Shown one piece after another: positions 40,804-49,913 of a stretch of 64,000 nt of DNA (position 1 is its first letter; each line of letters starts with the position of its first letter). The translations under genes were made by a program, and so were the position numbers. Under the pieces are notes generated by a model that worked only from the letters and a program-made list of their open reading frames with translations, was not told where the DNA came from and made no database searches. Source of the stretch: Gaiellaceae bacterium (lineage in GTDB: Bacteria > Actinomycetota > Thermoleophilia > Gaiellales > Gaiellaceae); assembly GCA_036518135.1 (NCBI GenBank), contig DATDNT010000080.1, forward strand, positions 9,074-73,073. Reading direction: 5' to 3'.

Positions 40804-41844
40804 CTACGAGACCTCGATCAGCTCCTTCGGGAACGAGGTGAGCACGTCGACGCCGTCCTCGCGCACGATTGCTAGGTCCTCGATGCGGCAGCCGCCGAGG
40901 CCGGAGAGATAGATCCCCGGCTCGATCGTGATGCAGTGCCCGACCTGCAGCGTGTCCGTCGACTCGGTCGAGAGGCGCGGCGCTTCGTGCACGGCAAGGC
41001 CGACGCCGTGGCCGAGGCCGTGTCCGAACTCGCCGCCGAAGCCCGCCTCCTCGATCACGTCGCGCGCGATCGCGTCCGCCTCGACGCCGGTGATGCCGGC
41101 CCTGATCTCGGCGACCGCCTTCCTCTGCGCGCGGAGCGTGACGTCGTACGCCTCGCGCAGCCGGTCGGGCAGCACGCCGCCGGTCGAGAACGTCCGCGTG
41201 CAGTCGCTGTAGTACCCGTCGACCTGCACGCCCCAGTCGATCGTCACGAGCGTGTTCTTCTCGATCACGTTGTCCGTCGGCCGGCCGTGCGGATGCGCGC
41301 CGTTCGGCCCCGACGCGACGATCGACTCGAACGCGCGGTCGTCGGCCCCGTGCGCGTGGCAGAGCTCGAGCAGTCGCCACGCGACCTGCTTCTCCGTCTT
41401 GCCGACCCACGTCTCGGCAGTCAGCGCCTCGAGCGCGCGATCGGCGACGCGAGCGGCGCGGCCGATCTTCGCGACCTCTTCCTCGTCCTTGATCGCGCGC
41501 ACGCCGTCGACGAGGCCGCGCGTCGGGACGAGCTCCGCTCCGCCTTCCCTCAGGCGCTCGTACTCGAGGACGGGCAGCACGTCGGCCTCGAATTGCACAC
41601 GGCCCTCGAGGCGCGCGCCCACGTCCGTCATCAGCGAGCGCTTCGTCATCACGGCCTCGACGCCCGGCACGGCGCGCGCCTCCTCCGCGTACCGAAAGTC
41701 GGTGTACAGCGTCGTCTCGCCGCCGGGGCGGACGAGCAGCGCGGCGTTCGAGCTCTCGAACCCCGACAGGTAGAACACGTTGACGAGGTTCGTGACGAGG
41801 AGCGGCGCGTCGAGCTGTGCGCCGAGCGATTCCAGGCGGCTCAT
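40804..41844 (-). CDS. M24-family Xaa-Pro aminopeptidase
   Basis: Contains DWGVQVDGYYSDCTRTF, GHGLGHGVGLAVHE and IEPGIY..GGCRIED. Confidence 0.88.
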   Translation of the reverse strand: MSRLESLGAQLDAPLLVTNLVNVFYLSGFESSNAALLVRPGGETTLYTDFRYAEEARAVPGVEAVMTKRSLMTDVGARLEGRVQFEADVLPVLEYERLREGGAELVPTRGLVDGVRAIKDEEEVAKIGRAARVADRALEALTAETWVGKTEKQVAWRLLELCHAHGADDRAFESIVASGPNGAHPHGRPTDNVIEKNTLVTIDWGVQVDGYYSDCTRTFSTGGVLPDRLREAYDVTLRAQRKAVAEIRAGITGVEADAIARDVIEEAGFGGEFGHGLGHGVGLAVHEAPRLSTESTDTLQVGHCITIEPGIYLSGLGGCRIEDLAIVREDGVDVLTSFPKELIEVS

Positions 41845-42275
41845 TCGTCCTCCTTTCCGGCGAGGAACTCGAGCGCCTCGCGATATCCGTCCGGTCCTTT
41901 ACCGAGCACGCGGTGCGATGCGATGTCGGCGACGACGCTGAAGCGCCGCCACTCCTCGCGATGCTCGATGTTCGACAGGTGCACCTCGACGACCGGCACC
42001 TCGAGCAGCTCGAGCGCGTCGCGGATCGCCCAGCTGTAGTGGCTCCACGCCCCGGGGTTGACGACGACGGCGTCGACGTTGTCGTACGCGTCGTGGATCC
42101 ACCCGATGAACTCGCCCTCGCTGTTCGTCTGCCGGCATCGCGCCGTGATGTCGAGCGCGTGCGCCCACTCGTAGATGCGGCTCTCGAGCTCGTTCAGGCT
42201 GAGCCCGCCGTAGAGCTTCGGGTCGCGCCGCGCGAGCTGGTCGAGATTCGCGCCGTTCAGGATCAGCACCTGCAT
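41841..42275 (-). CDS. aroQ: type II 3-dehydroquinate dehydratase
   Basis: 144 aa starting MQVLILNGANLDQLARRDPKLYG, with NPGAWSHYSWAIRDAL and EVHLSNI. Confidence 0.92.
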   Translation of the reverse strand: MQVLILNGANLDQLARRDPKLYGGLSLNELESRIYEWAHALDITARCRQTNSEGEFIGWIHDAYDNVDAVVVNPGAWSHYSWAIRDALELLEVPVVEVHLSNIEHREEWRRFSVVADIASHRVLGKGPDGYREALEFLAGKEDE

Positions 42276-43651
42276 TACAGGACGAGCGTATCCAGCGCCG
42301 CGCGCACCTCGTCCGCCGGACGCGACTCGACCACGGGACCGCTCTCGCCGAGCAGCACGAGGTTGATGTCGCCGCCGCTGCGCTTCTTGTCGCGGAGCAG
42401 CGCCTGCCACGCGCGCTCGCGGTCGACGGCGACCGGCCGCGGGTCGAGCGCCTCACGGACCGGCGCGTCGTCGCGGCCCGAGAGGCGCAGCGCGGCAAGC
42501 AGACCGAGCGCGACCGCGTCGCCGTGCGCGAGGTCGAAGTCCGCGGCCGCCTCGAGGGCGTGTCCGAACGTGTGCCCGAGGTTCAGCCACTGCCGCACGC
42601 CGCGGTCGTGCGGGTCCTGCAGGCAGAGCGCGGCCTTGTACGCCGCGGCGCCGCGAACGTCGAGCTCCTCCCCCGCGAGCAGGCGCGTCTTCACGAGCTC
42701 GGCGAGGCCCTGCCGCCGCTCGCGCTCGGGCAGCGTCGAGAGCAGCGCTTCGTCGATGACGACACGCGCCGGCCAGTGGAACGCGCCGACGAGGTTCTTG
42801 CCGTTCGGCACGTCGATCGCCGTCTTGCCGCCGATCGACGCGTCGACCTGCCCGACGAGCGTCGTCGGGACGGCGACCCACGGCACGCCGCGGAGGTACG
42901 TCGCGGCGGCGAAGCCGGCGGTGTCGGTCAGCGCACCGCCGCCGAGGGCGACGACGGTGCCGCCGCGGTCGAGCCGCAGCTCGCTCCACAGGTGGCGGAC
43001 GACGTCGATCTGCTTCGCCTCCTCGCCCGGCGGCAGCTCGTGCGTCGACACGAGCCGGTCGCCGAGCGCCTCCTGCGCCCGCGGGCCGTGGATGCCCATC
43101 ACGGTCGTGTCGGCGACGAGCGCGACCGGTCCGTCGCCGGGAACGAGCTCTCCGAGCCGGTCGAGTCCGCCGAGCTCGTGGTGGACGCCCGCCGCCGCGA
43201 GCACGGCGCCGTCGACGTCGCGCGCGGTCGCATCTGCCACCGCGTCGTAGATCGCACGCCGCTCCTCGTACAACCGCCGAAACTCCGTCTCGTCACGGGC
43301 GAGCGGCCGATCGCCGCCCGCAACGCGCGACCAGGCCGCATCGACGTCGACGTCGAGCAGGAGCGTGAACGCGGAGCGCGCGAGCTCGTCCCGCACCTCG
43401 TCGGCCAGGACCGCGCCGCCGCCGAGCGCGAACACGCTCGGCACCCGTCCTTCGAGCGAGAACAGCGTTCGCTGGAGCTCCCGTGCGCGGAATTGCTCCA
43501 GCCCGTGCGCGGCGATGAACGCGCTCGCGCCCTCGTCCAGGTCGTAGCCGGGGCGGTCGAGACGCTGTGCGAGCGGCCCGACGAGCGTCGACTTGCCCGC
43601 GCCCATGAACCCGACGAGCGCGACGTGGCGACCTAGGGCGTTCTCGGCCAC
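42275..43651 (-). CDS. aroKB: fused shikimate kinase / 3-dehydroquinate synthase
   Basis: Single frame with no internal stop. The N-terminus has LVGFMGAGKSTL (Walker A). It then has LGGGALTDTAGFAAATYLRGV and GHTFGHALE. GTG 43651 overlaps the aroC end by 19 nt. Confidence 0.85.
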   Translation of the reverse strand: MAENALGRHVALVGFMGAGKSTLVGPLAQRLDRPGYDLDEGASAFIAAHGLEQFRARELQRTLFSLEGRVPSVFALGGGAVLADEVRDELARSAFTLLLDVDVDAAWSRVAGGDRPLARDETEFRRLYEERRAIYDAVADATARDVDGAVLAAAGVHHELGGLDRLGELVPGDGPVALVADTTVMGIHGPRAQEALGDRLVSTHELPPGEEAKQIDVVRHLWSELRLDRGGTVVALGGGALTDTAGFAAATYLRGVPWVAVPTTLVGQVDASIGGKTAIDVPNGKNLVGAFHWPARVVIDEALLSTLPERERRQGLAELVKTRLLAGEELDVRGAAAYKAALCLQDPHDRGVRQWLNLGHTFGHALEAAADFDLAHGDAVALGLLAALRLSGRDDAPVREALDPRPVAVDRERAWQALLRDKKRSGGDINLVLLGESGPVVESRPADEVRAALDTLVL

Positions 43652-44709
43652 CGGATCCGCTCGCAATAGGCGCGCCACGCCGCGACGAGGTCGCCGAGTG
43701 CGTCCCCGCCGAACTTCTCCGTCGCCGCGACGGCGAGCTCCCACGCGACGGCGGCCTCCGCGACGACCGCGAGCGCCTCCACCGCGGCGACGTCCGAGCG
43801 CTCGACGAGGGCGTGCGCCGGCTCTCCTGTCTGCAGATCGACCGACTGCAGCGGCTGCATCAGCGTCGGCAGCGGCTTCATCGCCGCGCGCACGACGATC
43901 TCCTCGCCGTTCGAGACGCCGGCCTCGATGCCGCCCGCGCGATTCCCCGACCGTGTCCTGTCCGCGCGGATCTCGTCGTGCGCTTCCGACCCGAGCATCG
44001 ACGCGAGCGCGAAGCCGTCGCCGATCTCGACGCCCTTCACCGCCTGGATGCCCATCACCGCCGCCGCGAGCCGCGCGTCGAGCCGGTCGTCCTTCGTCGC
44101 GTACGAGCCGAGGCCGGGCGGAACGCCCGTCGCGCGCACCTCGACGACTCCGCCGACGGTATCGCGGGCCTTCCGCGCCTCGTCGATCCGCGCGCGAAGG
44201 GCCTCCTCGTCGACCGTCGTCCCTTGCACCTCGACGCCGATCGCAGCCAGCAGCGCCTTCGCCACCGCGCCGGCGGCGACGTGCACGGCGGTGTGGCGCG
44301 CAGACGCCCGCTCGAGCGAGTCGCGGACGTCTTCGTGGCCGAACTTCTGCACGCCGGCGAGGTCGGCGTGGCCGGGCCGGGGCAGCGTCACCGGCTTGGT
44401 TCCCTTCCCTTCCGGCTCGCCCTCCGGCGGCCACGGCGACATCCCCCACGTCCAGTTCTTGTGGTCCCGGTTCCGGACGACGAGCGCGAGCGGCGTCCCG
44501 AGCGTGCGCCCGTGGCGGAGACCGGCGAGGACCTCGACGCGGTCCTGCTCGATCTGCTGGCGCGGCGAGCGGCCGTACCCCTCCTGCCGCCGCCGCAGGT
44601 CGGCGTCGATCGCGTCCCGGTCGAGGACGAGCCCCGCCGGCAGCCCCGTCACGATCGCGACGAGGGCGGGCCCGTGCGACTCCCCTGCGGAAGACAAGCG
44701 GAGCGTCAT
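43633..44709 (-). CDS. aroC: chorismate synthase
   Basis: 358 aa starting MTLRLSSAGESHGPALVAIVTGLPAG, with GRSPRQQIE and RSDVAAVEA. Confidence 0.93.
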   Translation of the reverse strand: MTLRLSSAGESHGPALVAIVTGLPAGLVLDRDAIDADLRRRQEGYGRSPRQQIEQDRVEVLAGLRHGRTLGTPLALVVRNRDHKNWTWGMSPWPPEGEPEGKGTKPVTLPRPGHADLAGVQKFGHEDVRDSLERASARHTAVHVAAGAVAKALLAAIGVEVQGTTVDEEALRARIDEARKARDTVGGVVEVRATGVPPGLGSYATKDDRLDARLAAAVMGIQAVKGVEIGDGFALASMLGSEAHDEIRADRTRSGNRAGGIEAGVSNGEEIVVRAAMKPLPTLMQPLQSVDLQTGEPAHALVERSDVAAVEALAVVAEAAVAWELAVAATEKFGGDALGDLVAAWRAYCERIRWPRTP

Positions 44710-44713
44710 CGAC

Positions 44714-44729
44714 GGAACCCTAGAGTTCC
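44714..44729. promoter_or_regulatory. 16-bp imperfect palindrome in the 24-nt aroC/ABC divergent gap (candidate operator)
   Basis: GGAACCCTAGAGTTCC has arms GGAAC/GTTCC around a central CTAG. It occupies most of the only non-coding DNA between the two divergent starts. Confidence 0.3.
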
Positions 44730-44733
44730 GCGC

Positions 44734-45642
44734 GTGGCGGTCGCCCTGCAGATCCTCGCGAGCGGCTTCGCGGCCGGGGCCGTCTACGGGCTCGTCGCGG
44801 TCGGCCATTCGCTCGTGTTCCGGCTGACCGGCGTCGTGCACTTCGCCTTCGGCGAGCTGATCGCGCTCGGCGTGTTCGTGACGCTGCTCGTCGCCGCGGG
44901 CTCGGGCCCGGTGTCGCAGACGAGCGTCGGCGGCGCGCGCTTCCTGCTCGCCCTCGTCGTCGGGCTCGTCGTCACCGCGATCGCGAGCGCGGGCTCGTAC
45001 TTCCTCGCGATCGAGCCGTACCGCGCACGCGGCTCCACGATCGGCTGGGTCGGCGCCTCGCTCGCCGTCGCGTTCGCCGTGCGGACGCTGCTCGTCGTCT
45101 TCTTCGACCGCCCCGCGTACGTCTTCCCCGACCCGCTGCCGTTCGGCGTGTGGCAGATCGGCGGCGCGACGATCCAGCAGCGCTCGCTGTTCGTCGCCGC
45201 CGTCGCGCTCGCGCTCGCCGCCGTCGGCGCGTGGCTCCTGCAGCGCACGCGGCTCGGGCGCGCGCTCGAGGCGATCGCGCAGGACTTCGACGCCGCGGTC
45301 GTCGTCGGGCTCCCCGTGGCGCGACTCGTCGGCATTGCCTTTGCCCTGGCCGGCGTGTGGGCCGGTCTCGCAGCGATCCTCGCCGCGCCGTCGGCCGCCT
45401 TCGACGTCGACGCCGCGGCGCGCTACGGGCTGTACGGGCTGCTCGCAGCGGTGGTCGTGTGGTTCGAGCCGCGCCGCGCGCTCGCCGCGGGGATCCTCGT
45501 CGGGCTCGTCCAGGCGACGGTGACATCGGCGCACGTCGGGGGAGCGCAGCTCGGCCCGGCCTACCGCGACGTCGTGCCGCTCGCGCTCGGGCTCGGGCTC
45601 CTCGCCTGGCACGCCCACCGCACGACCGAGGTCGTCGAGTGA
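44734..45642 (+). CDS. branched-chain-amino-acid-type ABC permease (LivH-like)
   Basis: GTG start. 302 aa starting ILASGFAAGAVYGLVAVGHSLVFRLTGVVHFAFGE. This is the typical LivH N-terminus. Confidence 0.85.
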   Translation: MAVALQILASGFAAGAVYGLVAVGHSLVFRLTGVVHFAFGELIALGVFVTLLVAAGSGPVSQTSVGGARFLLALVVGLVVTAIASAGSYFLAIEPYRARGSTIGWVGASLAVAFAVRTLLVVFFDRPAYVFPDPLPFGVWQIGGATIQQRSLFVAAVALALAAVGAWLLQRTRLGRALEAIAQDFDAAVVVGLPVARLVGIAFALAGVWAGLAAILAAPSAAFDVDAAARYGLYGLLAAVVVWFEPRRALAAGILVGLVQATVTSAHVGGAQLGPAYRDVVPLALGLGLLAWHAHRTTEVVE

Positions 45643-47267
45643 CGACGGCCTCCGCGTTCGCGGGCGCCGCCCGCGACGCACGCCGCTCGTGGAACCGGCG
45701 CACGACCATCGCCGTCGCGGCGTTCGTGCTCGCCGCGTTCGCGCCGCTCGTCGTCGGATCCGCGCGTGTCGCGGACCTGGCGGACGGCCTCTATCTCGCC
45801 GTCGCGGCGATCGGGCTCGCGTTCGCGGTCGGCGTCGGCGGCCTGCCGTCGCTCGCGCAGGGCGCGTTCGTCGGCGTCGGCGCCGTCGTCGGCGCGCGGC
45901 TCCCGTTCGCGATCGCGCCATTCGCGGGCGCTGCCGCCGGCGCGCTCACGGCCTGGCTCACGGGCTCGCTCTTCGCCCGACTACCGCGGGCCGGCATCGC
46001 CGCGGCGACGTGGATCCTCGCGTGGCTCGTCTCGTTCGCGCTCCAGTCGATCACCTGGTTCCTCGGCGGGAGCGAAGGCGTCGTCGTCTCGACGGGGCCG
46101 GCGCCGGCTGCGCACTTCGAGATCGCCCTCGCCCTGACGGCGCTCGCCGGCGCCGCGTACGCGGCGCTCGCGCGCGCACCGCTCGGGCTGCGGCTCGCCG
46201 CGGCACGCGACCGTGAGGCGGCGGCGCACGCGCTTCGCGTCCCCGTTCTGCGCGCGCGCCTCGCGGCGTTCGGCGCGTCCGGCGCGGCGGCCGGGCTCGC
46301 GGGAGCGCTGTCGGTGCAGCTCGCCGGCGTCGGCGACCCCGCACAGTACGGGCCGTACCTCTCGTTCAAGCTGTTCGTCGTCGTGCTCGTCGGCGGTGCC
46401 GTCGCACCGCTCGGCGGCGCCGTCGGGGTCGTCGTCCTGGGTGTCCTCTCCGTCGTGGCAGACGCGCTCGGCTCGCTCGAGAACGTCGCCAGCGCGAGGT
46501 CGCACACGCTGCTCGCCGCGATCCTGCTGCTCGGCGTCGTGTCGCTCGGCTGGGACGGCCTGCTGCGGCCGGCGCGGCGCCTCTGGCGAACCGGCGTCGC
46601 GCAGGGAGAGCCGTTCACGCCCTCGCCGCTGCACGCGGACCGGCTCGGCAAGCGCTACGGCGAGGTCGTCGCCGCCGAGGACGTCTCGCTCACGCTCGAG
46701 CCCGGGACGATCACCGCGCTCGTCGGCCCCAACGGGTCGGGCAAGACGACGATCCTGCGGATGCTCGCAGGCGCCGTTTCTCCCGACGTGGGGCGCGTCG
46801 AGCACGCAGGCGTCGCACGGACGCTCCAGGCGACGTCGACCTTCGCGTCGCTGACCCCGCTCGAGCACCTGCTCGTCGCGTCGAGCGCGCGCCGCCGCCA
46901 CGGCGGTCTCGTCCGCTCGCTCTTCGCAACCCCGAAGGCGCGGGCCGAGGAGGAGCGCTTCACCGCCGAGGCGAGGACGACGCTCGAGCGCTTCGGCCTC
47001 GAGCCCGACGTGCTCGCCACGGAGCTGCCCGCAGGGGAACAGCGGGTGCTGATGCTGCTCGCGGCGGCGGCGACCGGGTCGCCCGTCCTGCTCGTCGACG
47101 AGCCGACGGCAGGCGCGTCGGTCGCGGAGGCCGCGCGCATCGCCGACGCCCTCGTCGCGCTGCGCGAGGAGGGACGCGCCCTCCTCGTCGTCGAGCACAA
47201 CCTCGCGGTCGTCCGGCGCACAGCCGACCGGACCGTCGCGCTCGAAGCAGGCAGGATCGTGGCGTGA
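45639..47267 (+). CDS. fused LivM-like permease / ABC ATPase
   Basis: GTGA overlap with the upstream gene. There are about 8 TM spans. The nucleotide-binding domain follows: GPNGSGKTT (Walker A), LPAGEQRV (signature variant), VLLVDEPTAG (Walker B), VEHN. Confidence 0.8.
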   Translation: MTTASAFAGAARDARRSWNRRTTIAVAAFVLAAFAPLVVGSARVADLADGLYLAVAAIGLAFAVGVGGLPSLAQGAFVGVGAVVGARLPFAIAPFAGAAAGALTAWLTGSLFARLPRAGIAAATWILAWLVSFALQSITWFLGGSEGVVVSTGPAPAAHFEIALALTALAGAAYAALARAPLGLRLAAARDREAAAHALRVPVLRARLAAFGASGAAAGLAGALSVQLAGVGDPAQYGPYLSFKLFVVVLVGGAVAPLGGAVGVVVLGVLSVVADALGSLENVASARSHTLLAAILLLGVVSLGWDGLLRPARRLWRTGVAQGEPFTPSPLHADRLGKRYGEVVAAEDVSLTLEPGTITALVGPNGSGKTTILRMLAGAVSPDVGRVEHAGVARTLQATSTFASLTPLEHLLVASSARRRHGGLVRSLFATPKARAEEERFTAEARTTLERFGLEPDVLATELPAGEQRVLMLLAAAATGSPVLLVDEPTAGASVAEAARIADALVALREEGRALLVVEHNLAVVRRTADRTVALEAGRIVA

Positions 47268-48481
47268 GACGGCTCGTGCTCGTGCTCGCGCTCGTGCCCG
47301 CACTCGCGGCGTGCGGCAGCGCGAAGGGCCCGCACGACGCGAAGAGCCTCGTCGTCGTCGTGAACGCGCCGTTCTCGAAGACGCCGTACCTCGGCCGCAC
47401 GATCGAGAACGGCGCCCGCCTCGCCGCCGCGCAGGTGAACGCGTCCGGCATCCGCATCGGCAACCAGTCGTACGTGCTCAGCGTCCGCACGATGGACAAC
47501 GCGCTGTCGCCCGCGCGCGCGGTCGCGAACGTCCGCCAGGCGGTGTCCGACGGCGCCGTCGCGATCGTCGACGAGGGAACGGGCGTCGACGCGTCGTGGC
47601 GCGCCGCGCGCGGCGTCCCGATCTGCATCGTCTTCCAGGGCGGGTCGGGTCTCGTCGATCCGGCCACGCGCAGAAACGTGTTCCGGATCGCGCCGACCGA
47701 TCACGGTGTCGCGTTCCGTCTCGCCGAGTACCTGATCCCACAGCGGCTGAGGATCGCGATCCTCCACGACGACTCCGACTACGGCGCCGCCGGCGAGCAG
47801 GAGCTGCGGCGCGCGTTCGCGGGCAACCGCTCGTCGGTCGCCGTCGACGAGACCGTGCCGGCCGACGCGCTCGACCTCGGCCCGCAGGTGCTCCGCGCGC
47901 GCCGCGCGCACGCGACGGCGCTGCTCGTCTGGGGCCGTCCCGCCACGATCGCCGCCGCGATCACGGCGGCGCGCTCGGCCGGCTGGAAGGTGCCGGTGTA
48001 CACGCCGCCGACCGGCGCCGACCCCTTCGTCCGGCAGCAGCTCGCGAACCACCCGGCGTGGGTCGACGGGCTGACCTTCGCCGGCGGCCGCCTCACCGCG
48101 GAGGTGGGGACGGGGCCGTTCACCGCGTTCGAGCAGAAGTACGAGAGCGCCTACGGCGTCGATGCCGTCGGCGTCCGCACGACGAGCGGCCAGAAGGTCG
48201 TCGAGCCGCCCGAGACGGCGATGTACGCCTACGACTTCGTGAACCTGCTCGCCGCCGCGCTGCAGCGCGCGCAGTCGACGAAGCCGGCGCGCGTCGTCGA
48301 CGCGCTCGAGAACGTCAGCGTCGAGGGCGCGAACGGCGACTCGCGGGGCTTCAACCGCGTCAGCCACGAAGGAGTCGTCGACGACGACGTGTACTTCGCG
48401 CGGTTCCACGACATGACCTACGCTCCCGTGACCAACGACCCCCTCTCCCGAACTCTCCCGAGGATCCCACAGACCAGATGA
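47264..48481 (+). CDS. ABC substrate-binding lipoprotein (Leu/Ile/Val-binding family)
   Basis: GTGA overlap with the upstream gene. Lipobox is LVPALAACGS. A periplasmic-binding type I pattern runs throughout. Confidence 0.85.
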   Translation: MRRLVLVLALVPALAACGSAKGPHDAKSLVVVVNAPFSKTPYLGRTIENGARLAAAQVNASGIRIGNQSYVLSVRTMDNALSPARAVANVRQAVSDGAVAIVDEGTGVDASWRAARGVPICIVFQGGSGLVDPATRRNVFRIAPTDHGVAFRLAEYLIPQRLRIAILHDDSDYGAAGEQELRRAFAGNRSSVAVDETVPADALDLGPQVLRARRAHATALLVWGRPATIAAAITAARSAGWKVPVYTPPTGADPFVRQQLANHPAWVDGLTFAGGRLTAEVGTGPFTAFEQKYESAYGVDAVGVRTTSGQKVVEPPETAMYAYDFVNLLAAALQRAQSTKPARVVDALENVSVEGANGDSRGFNRVSHEGVVDDDVYFARFHDMTYAPVTNDPLSRTLPRIPQTR

Positions 48482-48897
48482 CGAGAATCACGATCGCCCT
48501 CACCGCCCTCGCCCTCGTCACCGCGGCCTGCGCGCCGTTCAGCGAGAAGGACAAGGAGAACCTGAAGAAGGCCTGTGCCGGCGCTCCGGCGACGCTGCAC
48601 CAGCGGCCCGCGGAGCTGAAGTCGTTCCCCGACGCGCAGGGGATCTTCTACGTCGCCGTCCAGAAGAAAGGCCCGGCGACGGTCGCCACGGGCTTCGTGA
48701 ACAAGACGATCGGCCCGGCGCACCGGTCGTACTCGCAGGCACTGAAGAACGCCGCCGGCTACTCGGTCACCAAGGAGGAGCAGGACGTGGCCGACGCCGA
48801 GGTCAACTTCGCCGGTCACGGGACATCCGGCCAGGTGAAGATGGTCCAGGAGTGCAAGTCGCGTACGAACGTGACCATCACCATCCGCCCGTCCTGA
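48478..48897 (+). CDS. small lipoprotein (139 aa), unknown function
   Basis: ATGA overlap with the SBP gene. Lipobox is LALVTAACAP. GC3 is high. Confidence 0.6.
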   Translation: MTRITIALTALALVTAACAPFSEKDKENLKKACAGAPATLHQRPAELKSFPDAQGIFYVAVQKKGPATVATGFVNKTIGPAHRSYSQALKNAAGYSVTKEEQDVADAEVNFAGHGTSGQVKMVQECKSRTNVTITIRPS

Positions 48898-49913
48898 CCC
48901 GCGCAGTCGTCGCTCTCGCCGCCGTCGCGCTCGTGCTCGCGGGCCCGGCGGCGGCGGGCGATGTCTCGCTCCCGTCGCCGCTCGCGCCGCTGTCGGCGAG
49001 CCCGCCGCTCGGAAGCGGCGCGGCCGCCTCGGCCGAGGGAGTCCGCCACCGTGTCGACGCGCGCACGACGGTCGCGGTCGCCGTCGACCGCGGCGGCGCG
49101 CCGTTCCGCGTCGTCGCGACGCAGCGCCTCGACGTGCGAACGCTCGGCGACTACACCTTTCTGATTGGCGCGCCCGTCACGAGGGTCGTGGCCGCGCCGG
49201 GGTCGCAGTCCACCCCGGGCTTCCGGACCGGCGAGATCCTGTGGGCGGGGTTCAACCCCGGCCGCCGCCTGCTCGCCTCGCGCGCGACGCTGGACGCGGC
49301 GCAGGCGGCGCCGTCGCTGCCCTTCGGGATCACGGTCGCCGGCGGCCGGACGACGCTCGTCAACCGGACACGCGTCGCGATCCGCGCGTTCGACGCCCCG
49401 GCGCCGCGAGCGCCGCTCCTCGCGGCGCTCGCACGCATCCGCGCGTCCGTACGCGCGGACCTCCCGCCGTTGACCGGGGCGGTGCCGGTGCGCTCGCAGC
49501 CGTCGCCGACGACGATCGACGTCGTGGCGCCGCTCCGGGTCACAGGCACGGTCGGCGGGCGGCCGGTGTCGCTGCTCCTGCGGACGCGCGCAGTCGTTGC
49601 GCGCGCAGGCGCTGTCCACCTGCGCGTCGAGCCGGCCGCGGCGCTCCCCGCCGCCGGCAAGAGCCTCCTCGTCGACGTCCAGGCCGCGATCCTGACGTAT
49701 GCGCGCACGCGGCAATACGAGATGTTCCTCGGCAATCCCGACCCGACCGGGCACAGCGTGACGATCTACCTCTACGACACCGCCACTCGCCCGGTCGCGG
49801 CGCCCGTCGTCGCACCGGTGCGGCACGGCCGCAACTGGACGACGACGCTCGTCGTCGCACTCGCCGCCGCGGCGGCGCTCGTCGCCGGCGCGGCCGTGTG
49901 GGCTAGGTCGTGA
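48852..49913 (+). CDS. secreted protein with C-terminal TM anchor, unknown function
   Basis: N-terminal hydrophobic segment is AVVALAAVALVLAGPAAAG. The C-terminus reads WTTTLVVALAAAAALVAGAAVWARS. The start is uncertain; GTG 48852 overlaps the upstream gene by 46 nt. Confidence 0.5.
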   Translation: MQVAYERDHHHPPVLTRAVVALAAVALVLAGPAAAGDVSLPSPLAPLSASPPLGSGAAASAEGVRHRVDARTTVAVAVDRGGAPFRVVATQRLDVRTLGDYTFLIGAPVTRVVAAPGSQSTPGFRTGEILWAGFNPGRRLLASRATLDAAQAAPSLPFGITVAGGRTTLVNRTRVAIRAFDAPAPRAPLLAALARIRASVRADLPPLTGAVPVRSQPSPTTIDVVAPLRVTGTVGGRPVSLLLRTRAVVARAGAVHLRVEPAAALPAAGKSLLVDVQAAILTYARTRQYEMFLGNPDPTGHSVTIYLYDTATRPVAAPVVAPVRHGRNWTTTLVVALAAAAALVAGAAVWARS

